Positions 26,819 through 37,095 of a stretch of 64,000 nt of DNA are shown here, piece by piece. This DNA comes from Patescibacteria group bacterium (GTDB lineage Bacteria; Patescibacteriota; WWE3; 0-14-0-20-40-13). A program made the translations under genes and the position numbers. Every line of letters starts with the position of its first letter. The stretch's first letter is position 1. The DNA is taken from NCBI GenBank assembly GCA_018896215.1, contig JAHINB010000006.1:2941-66940 (forward strand), given 5' to 3'. The notes under the pieces were generated by a model that saw only the letters and a list, made by a program, of their open reading frames with translations, searched no databases and was not told the origin of the DNA.

Positions 26819-27954
26819 GTTCTAAAAAAACCTTTGATGGTTTTTACCACCTCACTAGCCTCCTCATCAGTTAAATATGGATGTAGTGGGATTGTTAAAA
26901 CCTCGCGACAGGCTTTCTCGGCGTTAGGAAAATCCCCTTCTTTGTAGCCTAAATACGAGTAACATTTTTGCAGGTGAAGCGGGATTGGGTAGTGAATAGC
27001 TGTTTTAATTTCTTTTTCCGCTAAAAACTTTGCGAGCTCGTCTCGTTTTGATGTTGCTAGAACAAAAAGATGGTATACCGGTTCAGAACCTTCTAATACT
27101 TTAGGAAATTTAAGATCGCCGACTCCTGTTAGATTTTCTAAATAATATTTGGCTATTTGTTGTCTTCGCTCTGTCCATTTTTTTAGGAACTTGAGTTTAA
27201 CTTGTAATATTGCTGCCTGCATTTCATCAAGCCGCGAGTTGACGCCTAAAATATCGTGTTGATATTTGGCTGATTGACCACCCTCGCGAAGCATGCGAAG
27301 CTTTTTATCAAGATTGGCATCGTTTGTAACTACAGCCCCACCATCACCATAGGCTCCAAGATTTTTTGTGGGATAAAAACTGTAGCAACCCAATTCTCCA
27401 AATGTTCCTACAGTTTTGCCCCGATATTTTGCCCCATGAGCTTGAGCACAGTCTTCCACTAGAACCGCCCCTGTTTCCTTACAGTAGTTGACGATGGGGT
27501 CCATATCGCAGGGATTTCCGTATAAATGTACTGGTACAACTGCTTTTATTTCGTGAGAAACAAACCTGTTTATTTTTGAACTTTGTCCGCCGATTGGCGG
27601 ATTGAACTTTAAATTTACATCTATATTGTAAGTCTCATCAATATCACTAAAAACTGGAACCAATCCCGCCATATTAATCGCCAATGAAGTGTAAGTTGCC
27701 GTAAACGGGGTGGTTAAAACTTGCGAGCCTGCAGGTAAATCCAATGATTTAAGGGCGAGCGCAATCGCGTCGGTTCCGTTGCCACAAGAAACAGCAAATT
27801 GTGACGAGGAGTATTTGGCAAACTCTTTTTCAAAAGATGTAACTTCTGATCCTAGCACAAACCAACCTCTGTCTAAAACCCTCTTTATCGAGGCGTTGAC
27901 TTCTGAACCAATCTCTAGCAATTCTTTTTTAAAATCAACAAACCAATTGATCAT
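26815..27954 (-). CDS. DegT/DnrJ/EryC1/StrS-family PLP-dependent sugar aminotransferase (ArnB/PglE-like).
   Basis: WFVLGSEVTSFEKEFAKY...CGNGTDAIALALKSL...HLYGNPCDMD...SFYPTKNLGAYGDGGAVVTND. Confidence 0.8.
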   Translation of the reverse strand: MINWFVDFKKELLEIGSEVNASIKRVLDRGWFVLGSEVTSFEKEFAKYSSSQFAVSCGNGTDAIALALKSLDLPAGSQVLTTPFTATYTSLAINMAGLVPVFSDIDETYNIDVNLKFNPPIGGQSSKINRFVSHEIKAVVPVHLYGNPCDMDPIVNYCKETGAVLVEDCAQAHGAKYRGKTVGTFGELGCYSFYPTKNLGAYGDGGAVVTNDANLDKKLRMLREGGQSAKYQHDILGVNSRLDEMQAAILQVKLKFLKKWTERRQQIAKYYLENLTGVGDLKFPKVLEGSEPVYHLFVLATSKRDELAKFLAEKEIKTAIHYPIPLHLQKCYSYLGYKEGDFPNAEKACREVLTIPLHPYLTDEEASEVVKTIKGFFRT

Positions 27955-29450
27955 ATCCTCTCATACAAGAAATAATAATCGTAACCTGACACTTTGAAAG
28001 TCTTTGATAAGTGATACTTACTGCTAGGCAAAAACTCATTTCCCAAATTTATTGGCAGCAAAACATAGTCTGTATCCACATCTTTTCCGTATATCGTCTG
28101 ATAAGATTTTAGCATAATGGCATTACCTTTAAAAATCGGAGTGAATGCGTTGCTGTCGTACATGGCAACTGTTGTTGCTGGAGTCGAAATCTTATTGAGA
28201 TAATTCGCGACTTCTTTGTACCCCGTAGCATCTTGGTTTAAATTAATCACATCTTGGGCTCGCGATATACCCCCAATAAGCGGGTTAAAATAAACAAAAA
28301 AGTTAGGGTAGATTTTAACAATTGTAAATAGCTGAAAAGCAAATATTACAACTATCAAACCAACTCTCTTTATCCTAGAAAGAACAAGTCCTGCTATAAC
28401 TGCAAAGACTGGAACAATCGGCAAAACATATCTAAATATTTGCTTATCAGGAATGGTAATAATTAGATAGTAAAAACAAGCAAAAAGCCCTACAAATCTC
28501 ACAAACTTTCTCGATTCCAGCTCCAGCTTCTTTCTTTCTACAACAACAAAATATAAAGATAACAGTAGTATTACGGGGGTTAATCTAAAGAGTAAATATA
28601 TAGGATAAGTAAATACTTTTTGGATAAACGGAAAACTAGACAGTGCCAAAAACACATTTCGCCTAGAATCTTCCAATAAAGCCGTATCAAGTACCCCCTC
28701 TTTTAATACCTTAAACAAAGTATCTAGAGGATTAAACCACATGGCGGGAAATAAAAGATAAAACACTGCAAATGCCACAATTCCAACCAAAAATAAGGAC
28801 TTTACTCCTTGTACAAGTTGCATTTTCTTTCTAAATGTTCTGTAGAGTATGTAAACGACAAAAAACACAAAAACCGCCCCTGTGTTGATGCGAGTGAGTA
28901 ACCCAAGTCCTAAAAACACCCCACTTGCCACAAAATCTAGTTTGACAAAATCTTTGAGCCCTAGATAAAAATAGCTTAAAGAAATAAAACCGAAAAGTGT
29001 GACGAGAGTATCCATATGAATAGATCTGGCATTTCCCAAGAAAAACGGCTCCAAAAGCAAGACGGCAACGGATAAAAAAGCCGATCTTTCCCCAAGTATT
29101 CGGGATAAAACCTTATACAAAACAATTAAGGCTCCTATTTCTGCCAAAACAACCGAGAGTGTCGTTAAAAAGATATATTGAGGAAAAATATCAAAAGAAA
29201 AAATATCCACCCCTCCATTAATCTTGTAAAAAATCCCCGAAGTTACCCCCACAAGCCACATAATAGTTACCCCTGGGTGGTACATGGTATAAGAACCTTC
29301 AAAATTAAAACTTTTTACAGCATAGTAAAAATGCACGGCGCGCTGTATCCAAAGATCTGTGGTGGGCTGAATATAGTAAATCCCAAGATATGGGATTAGT
29401 AGGCAGATTGAGAATAAAAGAATAAGCGGGAGGTAATATCTTGATGGCAT
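27951..29450 (-). CDS. Polytopic membrane protein, GT-C-like; HPGVT-MW paralog family.
   Basis: WIQRAVHFYYAVKSFNFEGSYTMYHPGVTIMWLVG. Confidence 0.45.
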   Translation of the reverse strand: MPSRYYLPLILLFSICLLIPYLGIYYIQPTTDLWIQRAVHFYYAVKSFNFEGSYTMYHPGVTIMWLVGVTSGIFYKINGGVDIFSFDIFPQYIFLTTLSVVLAEIGALIVLYKVLSRILGERSAFLSVAVLLLEPFFLGNARSIHMDTLVTLFGFISLSYFYLGLKDFVKLDFVASGVFLGLGLLTRINTGAVFVFFVVYILYRTFRKKMQLVQGVKSLFLVGIVAFAVFYLLFPAMWFNPLDTLFKVLKEGVLDTALLEDSRRNVFLALSSFPFIQKVFTYPIYLLFRLTPVILLLSLYFVVVERKKLELESRKFVRFVGLFACFYYLIITIPDKQIFRYVLPIVPVFAVIAGLVLSRIKRVGLIVVIFAFQLFTIVKIYPNFFVYFNPLIGGISRAQDVINLNQDATGYKEVANYLNKISTPATTVAMYDSNAFTPIFKGNAIMLKSYQTIYGKDVDTDYVLLPINLGNEFLPSSKYHLSKTFKVSGYDYYFLYERI

Positions 29451-29451
29451 T

Positions 29452-30489
29452 TTACCAATAATGCTTTTTATGCTTCTTGTAATAGGAAATTGTTCTTCTT
29501 AGACCCTCTTCTATGGATACTTTAGGACGCCAGCCTAGATCTTCTTTTATTTTAGTGTAATCTCCAACATAATCTCCAATATCTATTTTTTTACGACCTT
29601 CGGGAAATGGTATTAAATGATAACTACTGCCTTTAACCATTTTTACAATGTTTTTAGTAAAATCTAACAGAGTAATAGGTTTTATGCCCCCTATATTGTA
29701 GTATTTGCCATTAGAAGTGTCACTTTGCCCGGCCAACAACATAGCATCGTTGGCATCGGTCACATAAGTCATATCTCTAACCTGCAACCCATCGCCATAA
29801 ACGCTAATTTCTTTGCCATCTAGCGCCAATCGGATAAAAAACGGAATAAAACCTTGCCGTCCATGCCTCATGAGTTGTCTGGGTCCAAAAGTGTTGGTTA
29901 ATCTAATGGAAGTGGTTTTTAAACCATACACCGAAGCGTAGACCATGTGGTACCATTCGCCGGCAAATTTGCTAATGCCGTTGGTATCGGAGGGCCTGAC
30001 CAAATGCCTTTCGTTAACTGGAATATGCTCTATTTTTCCATAAATTTGCCTAGTTCCGGAGTGGATAACTTTAGCTGTGGGATTGACTCTTCTTAAGGCT
30101 TCTAAAAAATAAATGTTAGAGGTGGCGTTAAGTTCTAAATCCCACAAGGGATCTACCATTCCATCCTCGTGACTTACCTGACCTGCAATATTAAAAACAA
30201 CCTCCTGCCCTTCCAAAACCTTCTCCATTTTGGCAGAATCTCGCATGTCAGCAATTACAACTTTGACATCTTTTTTTATGGGGTCTATATTAAACTGATT
30301 GCCCCCAAGTTCTGGGATAAGCGCATCGACAACGGTAACTTCGGAGCCGAGCTCTACCAGTTTAATGGCTAAATTGCTTCCAATAAAGCCTAGACCACCC
30401 GTAACCAAAACTTTTTTTCCCGGATAAAAGCTAAAGTCGTACATGATCGTAAATTTCTTCCAACCTCTTGCCTTGCTTATGATTGTCAA
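29452..30489 (-). CDS. NAD-dependent epimerase/dehydratase (extended SDR; a nucleotide-sugar epimerase or decarboxylase).
   Basis: KVLVTGGLGFIGSNLAIKLVELGSEVTVVD Rossmann motif; YGDGLQVRDMTYVTD. The start is possibly internal (MYDFS at about 30447). Confidence 0.75.
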   Translation of the reverse strand: MTIISKARGWKKFTIMYDFSFYPGKKVLVTGGLGFIGSNLAIKLVELGSEVTVVDALIPELGGNQFNIDPIKKDVKVVIADMRDSAKMEKVLEGQEVVFNIAGQVSHEDGMVDPLWDLELNATSNIYFLEALRRVNPTAKVIHSGTRQIYGKIEHIPVNERHLVRPSDTNGISKFAGEWYHMVYASVYGLKTTSIRLTNTFGPRQLMRHGRQGFIPFFIRLALDGKEISVYGDGLQVRDMTYVTDANDAMLLAGQSDTSNGKYYNIGGIKPITLLDFTKNIVKMVKGSSYHLIPFPEGRKKIDIGDYVGDYTKIKEDLGWRPKVSIEEGLRRTISYYKKHKKHYW

Positions 30490-31597
30490 ACTCTTCTTCT
30501 ACATGCTTTCGAGCTGATTTGGCAAGCATTTCCCACAAATTAGGCGATTTAAGAAAAGAGACTATTTTATCGGCTAAGTCGTTAGCATCCCTTTGATTCA
30601 CCATGTGACCGGTTTTTTCGTGATAGATAAGTTCAGTTCCCGATTCTGTTGTAGCAAAAGCATGGGTGCCAACTGCCATAGCCTCTATTATTGTAGTATT
30701 GATTCCACCCTCCTCATCTCCCAAAACTTTTACGCTGGGTGACAAAAACAGATCGGCCTTTTGCATCTCTGCCATGTAGTCGTTGTAACCCAAAAGACCT
30801 AAAAATTTGACGGAGTCTGTGATTCCTAATGAGTTGACGAGGGCTGTTATTTTTTCTTTTTCGGAACCATCGCCAATTATTCTAAGTGTGGCATTTGGGT
30901 ATTGAGTCAAAACCTTGGCAAAGGCGCTAACGGCGTATTCCATGCCCTTTTTGGGAACAAATCTATTGGCAATTAGAATAACTGGAGCGGTGGTGGGCTT
31001 TTTAATAACTAGGTGATATTTGTCCAAATTCATTCCTAGATGCAGTGGGATAACTTTATCCGCAGGAGCTCCCAACTGGTTGACTAAAGTATCCTTCATC
31101 AGCTGACAAGTTACGGTAAAAGCGCTTCCCACCTCCCACAATCTTTTATAGGCAAGCTCCCAATAGAATCTATCGGTGGGGAGCTTAAATTTGCGCATTT
31201 TATCGGCTAATCCTTGGTAGCTGGTATCAAACCCATAAAAAGATGTCACCAGCGGAATACCGAATCTTGAGGATAACGGCGCCGAGTAAACGCCATTAGA
31301 GCCAAAATGAGCGTGAATTAAAGCCGGCTTGTTACGGCTGATAACCTGCGCCATGGCCTCTTCTACGGCTAAGTGACGAGGAATAAAGGCCCTCACTACC
31401 GAACCTAAAGCTTTTTTAGCGCCTTTCGCGGGGTCTATTTTGTAAATGGGTTTAAAGGGAAAAAGGTCTAAATTCTTCTCTACCTCACATATAATAAACG
31501 GGTCGTAGCGAGTCAAGTTTCTAATATACTCCCAAACCCAAATTTCAGTTTTTTCTAAATACACGGGCTTAATGTGGGCTATCTTCGGATTTTCCAT
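30431..31597 (-). CDS. Glycosyltransferase family 1 (GT4).
   Basis: LIANRFVPKKGMEYAVSAF...SPSVKVLGDEEGGINTTIIEAMAVGTHAFATTESG. Confidence 0.7.
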   Translation of the reverse strand: MENPKIAHIKPVYLEKTEIWVWEYIRNLTRYDPFIICEVEKNLDLFPFKPIYKIDPAKGAKKALGSVVRAFIPRHLAVEEAMAQVISRNKPALIHAHFGSNGVYSAPLSSRFGIPLVTSFYGFDTSYQGLADKMRKFKLPTDRFYWELAYKRLWEVGSAFTVTCQLMKDTLVNQLGAPADKVIPLHLGMNLDKYHLVIKKPTTAPVILIANRFVPKKGMEYAVSAFAKVLTQYPNATLRIIGDGSEKEKITALVNSLGITDSVKFLGLLGYNDYMAEMQKADLFLSPSVKVLGDEEGGINTTIIEAMAVGTHAFATTESGTELIYHEKTGHMVNQRDANDLADKIVSFLKSPNLWEMLAKSARKHVEEEFDNHKQGKRLEEIYDHVRL

Positions 31598-31602
31598 ATT
31601 AG

Positions 31603-33105
31603 TTAGTATAATACCATACTGCTACGGATGTATGTAGTTATCAAGGGGAATTTATTACCTACAAGAACAGTGTTTATGAGCTTTAGATTTTCTAAATCTT
31701 CGCTTGTTACCATATTATCATACCAACGGTAATTTGTGTTTACGAGGACAAAATCCGCTTGTGAAAAATCAGCCGTGGATTTGTAGCCTTCTGGTAAATC
31801 TGGAATGATATGAACAGGACTTATGGCAAGATAAACCTTCTTGACAAGACTACTTTGAGATTTGGGTAAGCGCTTAACTGCTTCTAAAACCCCTTCTCCC
31901 CAACCGCCAATTTCAAAAAGGCGTTGGTTGTAGATTTTGTTACTTGAGACCAATCCGTTGTAGTAGTCCAAGTAGTAAGGGAAAAACCTAATTAAGGGCA
32001 AAGAGCAAAAACCAAAAATCAAAACTAAGATCGAAGACTTTAAGATTTTATTCTTTGCTAAATCAAGCAGAAAATTAACCCCCAAAGCACAAATTATAGA
32101 AAATCCTATTAAATACAAATTTACATAGCGCAAACCATCTTGCTTTAAGGGAAAAACGCTTGCTAAAAAGGGGAGTAAAAACAAGGCGATTAACATCAAT
32201 TTTTCTTTCTTTGGGCGACAAAAAACCCCTATCACAAAAGTCGCCAAGAGCAAAAGCGGGGTTCTAACACCAAAATAAACAAAATAGTAAAACCAAGGCG
32301 TATTCCCCAACTGCCCCATAAAGTATTCTCTGGTATGCACCTCTAAACCACGGTCTGCGCTGGCTAATAAATTAATAATTGTGCTATGCCAAAGGTATGG
32401 CCATATTCCAATTAATATTAAGAGAGAAAACACTGGCATTAAAACCATTTTTAGGGAGTCTCCTTTTTTGGGTTTGGGAGTCTCCCTAAAAAGGAGACTC
32501 CCTATAAAAAGTGGTAGTAACAACACCCCATTGTATCTAGTACCAATTAATAGCGTAAAACTGGCAACAACTGCTAAATAGTTTTTAAGTGATTTGGTAT
32601 TGGCATACTTTATAGAGAACAAAACAAACAGCGATCCAAAAAGCAACAACGGAACTTCCAAAGAAATTATTCGAGCGTAGGATTGAAACACTGGATTGAC
32701 AAATAAAAATGCCGATGAGAGAAGCGCAATCTGGCGCGATTTTGTTAATTCCCAAGCGATGAGAAAAATAATCGCGACAGTAATCGCAGACATCACAACA
32801 CTAAAAAATCGGGCAAAAACAAAATCGCGCCCCGCGGGATAATAACCACTCTTATCTTGCAAAAGTGAGATGTTCTTGGTTAAGAAACGAGCCACACCGT
32901 AAATATATTTAGCCACAGGCGGATGTTCGTGATTTAGTTCCCACGAACTGGGGCTAAAATCGCCATTTTTCATAAACCCTAAATATGATTCGCCAACCGA
33001 AGCAACTGTAACTTCATCCCAATGTTCCCCGACAGAATTTAGATTGACGGATAAAATTCCTAAACTAACAACAAAAACCAACACAGAAAGTATTGAGGAT
33101 TTCAC
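31603..33105 (-). CDS. ArnT/PMT_2-like GT-C membrane glycosyltransferase.
   Basis: HWDEVTVASVGESY...HPPVAKYIYGVARF...FARFFSVVMSAITVAIIFLIAWELT...GTRYNGVLLLP. Typical ArnT order: DE loop, PP(L/V) motif, lipid-A-transferase-like helices. Confidence 0.55.
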   Translation of the reverse strand: MKSSILSVLVFVVSLGILSVNLNSVGEHWDEVTVASVGESYLGFMKNGDFSPSSWELNHEHPPVAKYIYGVARFLTKNISLLQDKSGYYPAGRDFVFARFFSVVMSAITVAIIFLIAWELTKSRQIALLSSAFLFVNPVFQSYARIISLEVPLLLFGSLFVLFSIKYANTKSLKNYLAVVASFTLLIGTRYNGVLLLPLFIGSLLFRETPKPKKGDSLKMVLMPVFSLLILIGIWPYLWHSTIINLLASADRGLEVHTREYFMGQLGNTPWFYYFVYFGVRTPLLLLATFVIGVFCRPKKEKLMLIALFLLPFLASVFPLKQDGLRYVNLYLIGFSIICALGVNFLLDLAKNKILKSSILVLIFGFCSLPLIRFFPYYLDYYNGLVSSNKIYNQRLFEIGGWGEGVLEAVKRLPKSQSSLVKKVYLAISPVHIIPDLPEGYKSTADFSQADFVLVNTNYRWYDNMVTSEDLENLKLINTVLVGNKFPLITTYIRSSMVLY

Positions 33106-33962
33106 TTCTTTGTTCTAACAATCAGATCCGCCAACATTCCAATAGCCAAAATTTGGAGTCCTGCAAGAAAGAACAGCATCGAGGAGGTGGTAATGTTTAA
33201 ATAAGGCTCGACAAATAAATCGTAAACAAATTTAACAAACCCCAGACCCATTAAACCTAAAGCTGGCCACAGAAAAAATCTTAAAGGGTTAAAATACATC
33301 ACGGTTCGCAAAATTAAAAACAAAAAATCCGCTCCGTCTTTAGCCTTAACTTTAGAGACTCCTTTTCTAAAATCATATTCAATAGGAATATATTTTACGC
33401 TAAGTCCATTGGACATATAGGACAGAGTTGAAGTAGTGGTAAATGAAAATCTATCCGAAATAAGATTAAAAAATGGCGTGATATCGGTTTTTCTAAAAGC
33501 GCGCAATCCCGAGTTGATATCCTCAATCTTTCTACCTACGACCAAATTTGCAACTTGATCTAAAATAAATTTTGGAGCCGATTTAATAAAGGGTGTTTTT
33601 TTGTATCTACCAATTCTCTTTCCTACCACCATGTCATAACTTGTAAGACCAGCCAAAAGTTCTGGGATTCTTTCTATGGGATAAGTTCCATCGGCATCAC
33701 AAATGGCAATTTGATCGTATTTTGCAAGTTTTATGCCGTCTTTTAACGATGCCCCGTAACCCTTATTAACTGTGTGATTTAAAACTCTAAATTCATCGTA
33801 GGAAATGGCTTGTAAAACACCCAGCGAGCTATCTTTTGACCCATCATTGACCGCAATTACTTCGAACTTTTCACCCATTGATTTACAAACAGCATAAACT
33901 CTGTCAATCGTGTCTTTAACCGCCTTTTCCTCATTGTAAACCGGAACCACAATAGAATACAT
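33102..33962 (-). CDS. Family-2 glycosyltransferase of polyprenol-phosphate sugar synthase type (ArnC/GtrB-like) with a C-terminal TM hairpin.
   Basis: MYSIVVPVYNEEKAV, VIAVNDGSKD, ICDADGTYP, and a C-terminal TM pair. The track start is TTG at 33980; ATG at 33962 matches the other GT2 N-termini. Confidence 0.75.
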   Translation of the reverse strand: MYSIVVPVYNEEKAVKDTIDRVYAVCKSMGEKFEVIAVNDGSKDSSLGVLQAISYDEFRVLNHTVNKGYGASLKDGIKLAKYDQIAICDADGTYPIERIPELLAGLTSYDMVVGKRIGRYKKTPFIKSAPKFILDQVANLVVGRKIEDINSGLRAFRKTDITPFFNLISDRFSFTTTSTLSYMSNGLSVKYIPIEYDFRKGVSKVKAKDGADFLFLILRTVMYFNPLRFFLWPALGLMGLGFVKFVYDLFVEPYLNITTSSMLFFLAGLQILAIGMLADLIVRTKK

Positions 33963-34045
33963 ATTATTTAATACTACCAAATTCTACCCCAACATGCCTG
34001 TAAGTAAAGGGTGACAAATAAGAAACCTTTTGATAGATTAAAATA

Positions 34046-35563
34046 GTGAAATTTCATCAAAGGCTTAGATGCTGGTTGACCTCTAATTGGATTCTTATCC
34101 TTGTTATTATTTTTACCATATTTGCCCGTTTTTATAAACTAGGCTGGGACGAGTCCAATGATGATGCCTCATTTTGGTTTGGATGGAGCAAAAAACTTAT
34201 TGATAATTGGAAAAACGGGGTTTTTTCCACAATGCCAGATTATCAATACCCCGGAGTAACTTTAATGGCAAGCACAGGATTATTTTTAAATATTGCAGGA
34301 TTTGTAGTGCAAGCGCTTAGAGGGTATAAGTTTCCCATCTATGATGCCAACTATTTTCCAATTTATAATTTCTTCGCCAAGGTTCCCATAGAAATTGCTT
34401 ATCTCGCCTTTTCTGGTTACTTTTTTATTGGGCTCAAAAAGGTATTCAACAGAAGGATTGCCTTACTTGCATTATTTCTCCTTGTTGCCGAACCTTTTAA
34501 TTTAGGGATAACTAGATTTGTTCATGCCGAAGGGTATTTAAGTGCTTTTGTTGGAACATTGTTTATTTCGTATCTGCTATTTCTTAAAACCAAAAGATGC
34601 AGGTATCTATTTTTATTTTCCTTGTTTTCTGCACTTGCTCTGGTAACAAAATACATCTCGGCATATCCATTATTTGTTATTTATATGCACCTTCTTGCTA
34701 TTTCAATTCGCAACAAAAAAATACTTCTGTTTATTTATTCTTTGGTAGGTATTGGTGCTTTTACTCTCGCTTTTTTCCCTGCTCTTGTATTAAACCCAAT
34801 AAACACATTCTTAAAAATGAAAGAAGAGGTAGTAATGACCGCACTCGTGGGAAGAAACAACTTTGCCCCTTGGTACTTTTATATTGCTTCTATGTTTTTA
34901 AGATTTAGCATAATCTTTAGCTTTTGCTATGTATGGGGAATAAGATTGGGCGTGAGAAAGATTAAGCAGGGCTCAAGTTTATTCACACTTTTGACACTAC
35001 CCACTGTAACAATTATTTCTTTTGTAATATTTCTCTCATTTTTTAATCAAAAAATCGATCGCTATTTAATTACAATTTTTCCAATTATGGCAACCCTTAT
35101 AGCTTATATCTTAAACGACTTTCTGGAGTCAATAAAAAGAACACCTATTAAAAGATCCGTAATTTTGATGGGGGGGTTTTACTATTTATTTCTATTTATT
35201 TCTATTTCTCCAACTTACTCAGCTTACTACAACAAACTATACGGTGGGTTCGTATTTGCCAGAAAATATCTAGGTGCGGAGATGGTTGGTGAGGGTTTAT
35301 ATAAAGTGGCAGAAGATTTAAATACCAAAAATAATCCCGAGGATTTATCGGTATTAGTTCGTCCAACTTTTACCAGTTTTAAACCGTTTTTTAAAGGAAA
35401 AACTTTTGGTCCAAGTGATTATATCCCGGATTCCATTTCCTTAGATTATATTGTTGTAAAGAATAGTGATAGAATCCCTGACAAGTACATAAATTTATGT
35501 AGTTTTAATAAGACCTATTACTTATATTTCTCACCAGTTTATGATCTCTACCAATGCCAGTAA
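34046..35563 (+). CDS. Polytopic membrane protein, GT-C-like; divergent member of the HPGVT family (YPGVTLM).
   Basis: FWFGWSKKLIDNWKNGVFSTMPDYQYPGVTLMASTG. Contains a G7 tract at 35171-35177 and a 10-bp tandem tatttatttc x2. Confidence 0.45.
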   Translation: MKFHQRLRCWLTSNWILILVIIFTIFARFYKLGWDESNDDASFWFGWSKKLIDNWKNGVFSTMPDYQYPGVTLMASTGLFLNIAGFVVQALRGYKFPIYDANYFPIYNFFAKVPIEIAYLAFSGYFFIGLKKVFNRRIALLALFLLVAEPFNLGITRFVHAEGYLSAFVGTLFISYLLFLKTKRCRYLFLFSLFSALALVTKYISAYPLFVIYMHLLAISIRNKKILLFIYSLVGIGAFTLAFFPALVLNPINTFLKMKEEVVMTALVGRNNFAPWYFYIASMFLRFSIIFSFCYVWGIRLGVRKIKQGSSLFTLLTLPTVTIISFVIFLSFFNQKIDRYLITIFPIMATLIAYILNDFLESIKRTPIKRSVILMGGFYYLFLFISISPTYSAYYNKLYGGFVFARKYLGAEMVGEGLYKVAEDLNTKNNPEDLSVLVRPTFTSFKPFFKGKTFGPSDYIPDSISLDYIVVKNSDRIPDKYINLCSFNKTYYLYFSPVYDLYQCQ

Positions 35564-37095
35564 ACATTAAACCTTGGCACATTACAATTTTGCTATTTGT
35601 GATCTTGATTCCAGTTGCTTTATCTATCAACTTTATGCAAAACGATGAGTGGGTTCACTATTTAACAGTCAGCAATTTTCTTAGCAAGAACTTTACGCTG
35701 TATCCAATCATCGGATCGACCTTTTACACGCAGGGCCTGATGGCAACAATTTTTTCCAGAATATTTACTGTTAAATCATTACCCGTTTTGACCTTAATAG
35801 TATCCGTTGGAAACTTTTATATATTTTCTAGAATTATCTCACTTTATACAGCAAAAAGATCGGTGATAATACTATTATCACTTCTATTTTTTCTTAATCC
35901 TCTACACATTTACTCTACATTTGGTTTTATGACCGAAAACTATTTGGTTTTCTTTTGCCTACTTTCCTTATATTTCTTCTTAAAATTTAACCATAAAGAA
36001 AGAAAAAAAGATTTTCACCTAGCATTACTTTTTACTGTCTTAGCCTTTTTTGTCAAGCAAAATGCGATTTTGTTGGCTCTAAGTTTTGGGATATATCTTA
36101 TGGTCATTAAGAAATGGAAATATGCTCTGTCTTGCGTTTTTACCATTCTAATTCTGTTGGTTTTTTACCAATTTGTTTTTCCACAGACACAAACAATGCA
36201 AGAGATAAAAGGGATCCATTTAGACAATTTCTCCCATGCAACTAGCACTTACTCCATTATCTTTACCTCCCTAATTTACTTAATGGCATTTGTCGGGCCA
36301 CTCGCTTTAATACTAATATTAAGAAGCGTTAAATCGTTAAAACAGGGGGTTGTTTTAATCACAATATCGGTTGTTATAACCGTACTGCTTACTCATTTAC
36401 TTAATCTTAGCTTTACCGCGCGAGGCGAATTCCCTTATTTTCAAAACATTGCTGAAAGATCGGGATTTTACGCTAACAGTATTAACGGGTTAAAATACTC
36501 CTTTGCTGGAAATTTTGTTTTTTACCAAATATTAGACATCTTTAGCAAATTATCGGTGGGGTTTCTCGTAACTTATCTAATTTTTAATCCCAAAGGACTG
36601 ATTAACCCCTTGCTAATATTTATACTTATTAATGCTTTATCCTTAAACCTTAACCAAAGTTACCGAACAATTTACGATAGATACCTTTTACTAAGTTTTC
36701 CCATGTTGATTTGTTTTTTTGCATATAGTATTAAGTTACCTTTAAAACAATTTGAGAAGATACTAATTGGAGGATTTGTACTGTTTTTGCTTTTCCTTAA
36801 TTACCAATTTGTTGCCGATTTCATTCTTAATAACCGTTATGTCTGGGCAAGATCTAAAGAGTTGACAGAGAGCGGTGTTGCCCCAAATAAAATTAACCCT
36901 TCCCATGCTTGGAGAATGCTTTACCCAAACCCCAAAGATCCAAAAACTGATGAGCATGATTACACATACATTTTTAGTTATAATAAAGACGATGAGGATT
37001 TGCAAAATATGGGATATAAAACCAGTGAAACAAAAAAAATTTCTTATCCACTGTCATTTTTTATTGACCCCTACATTTACCTTTACGAAAGATGA
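35554..37095 (+). CDS. Polytopic membrane protein, PMT_2/ArnT-like GT-C.
   Basis: NDEWVHYLTVSNF... and many TMs. Start overlaps the previous stop. Confidence 0.45.
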   Translation: MPVNIKPWHITILLFVILIPVALSINFMQNDEWVHYLTVSNFLSKNFTLYPIIGSTFYTQGLMATIFSRIFTVKSLPVLTLIVSVGNFYIFSRIISLYTAKRSVIILLSLLFFLNPLHIYSTFGFMTENYLVFFCLLSLYFFLKFNHKERKKDFHLALLFTVLAFFVKQNAILLALSFGIYLMVIKKWKYALSCVFTILILLVFYQFVFPQTQTMQEIKGIHLDNFSHATSTYSIIFTSLIYLMAFVGPLALILILRSVKSLKQGVVLITISVVITVLLTHLLNLSFTARGEFPYFQNIAERSGFYANSINGLKYSFAGNFVFYQILDIFSKLSVGFLVTYLIFNPKGLINPLLIFILINALSLNLNQSYRTIYDRYLLLSFPMLICFFAYSIKLPLKQFEKILIGGFVLFLLFLNYQFVADFILNNRYVWARSKELTESGVAPNKINPSHAWRMLYPNPKDPKTDEHDYTYIFSYNKDDEDLQNMGYKTSETKKISYPLSFFIDPYIYLYER

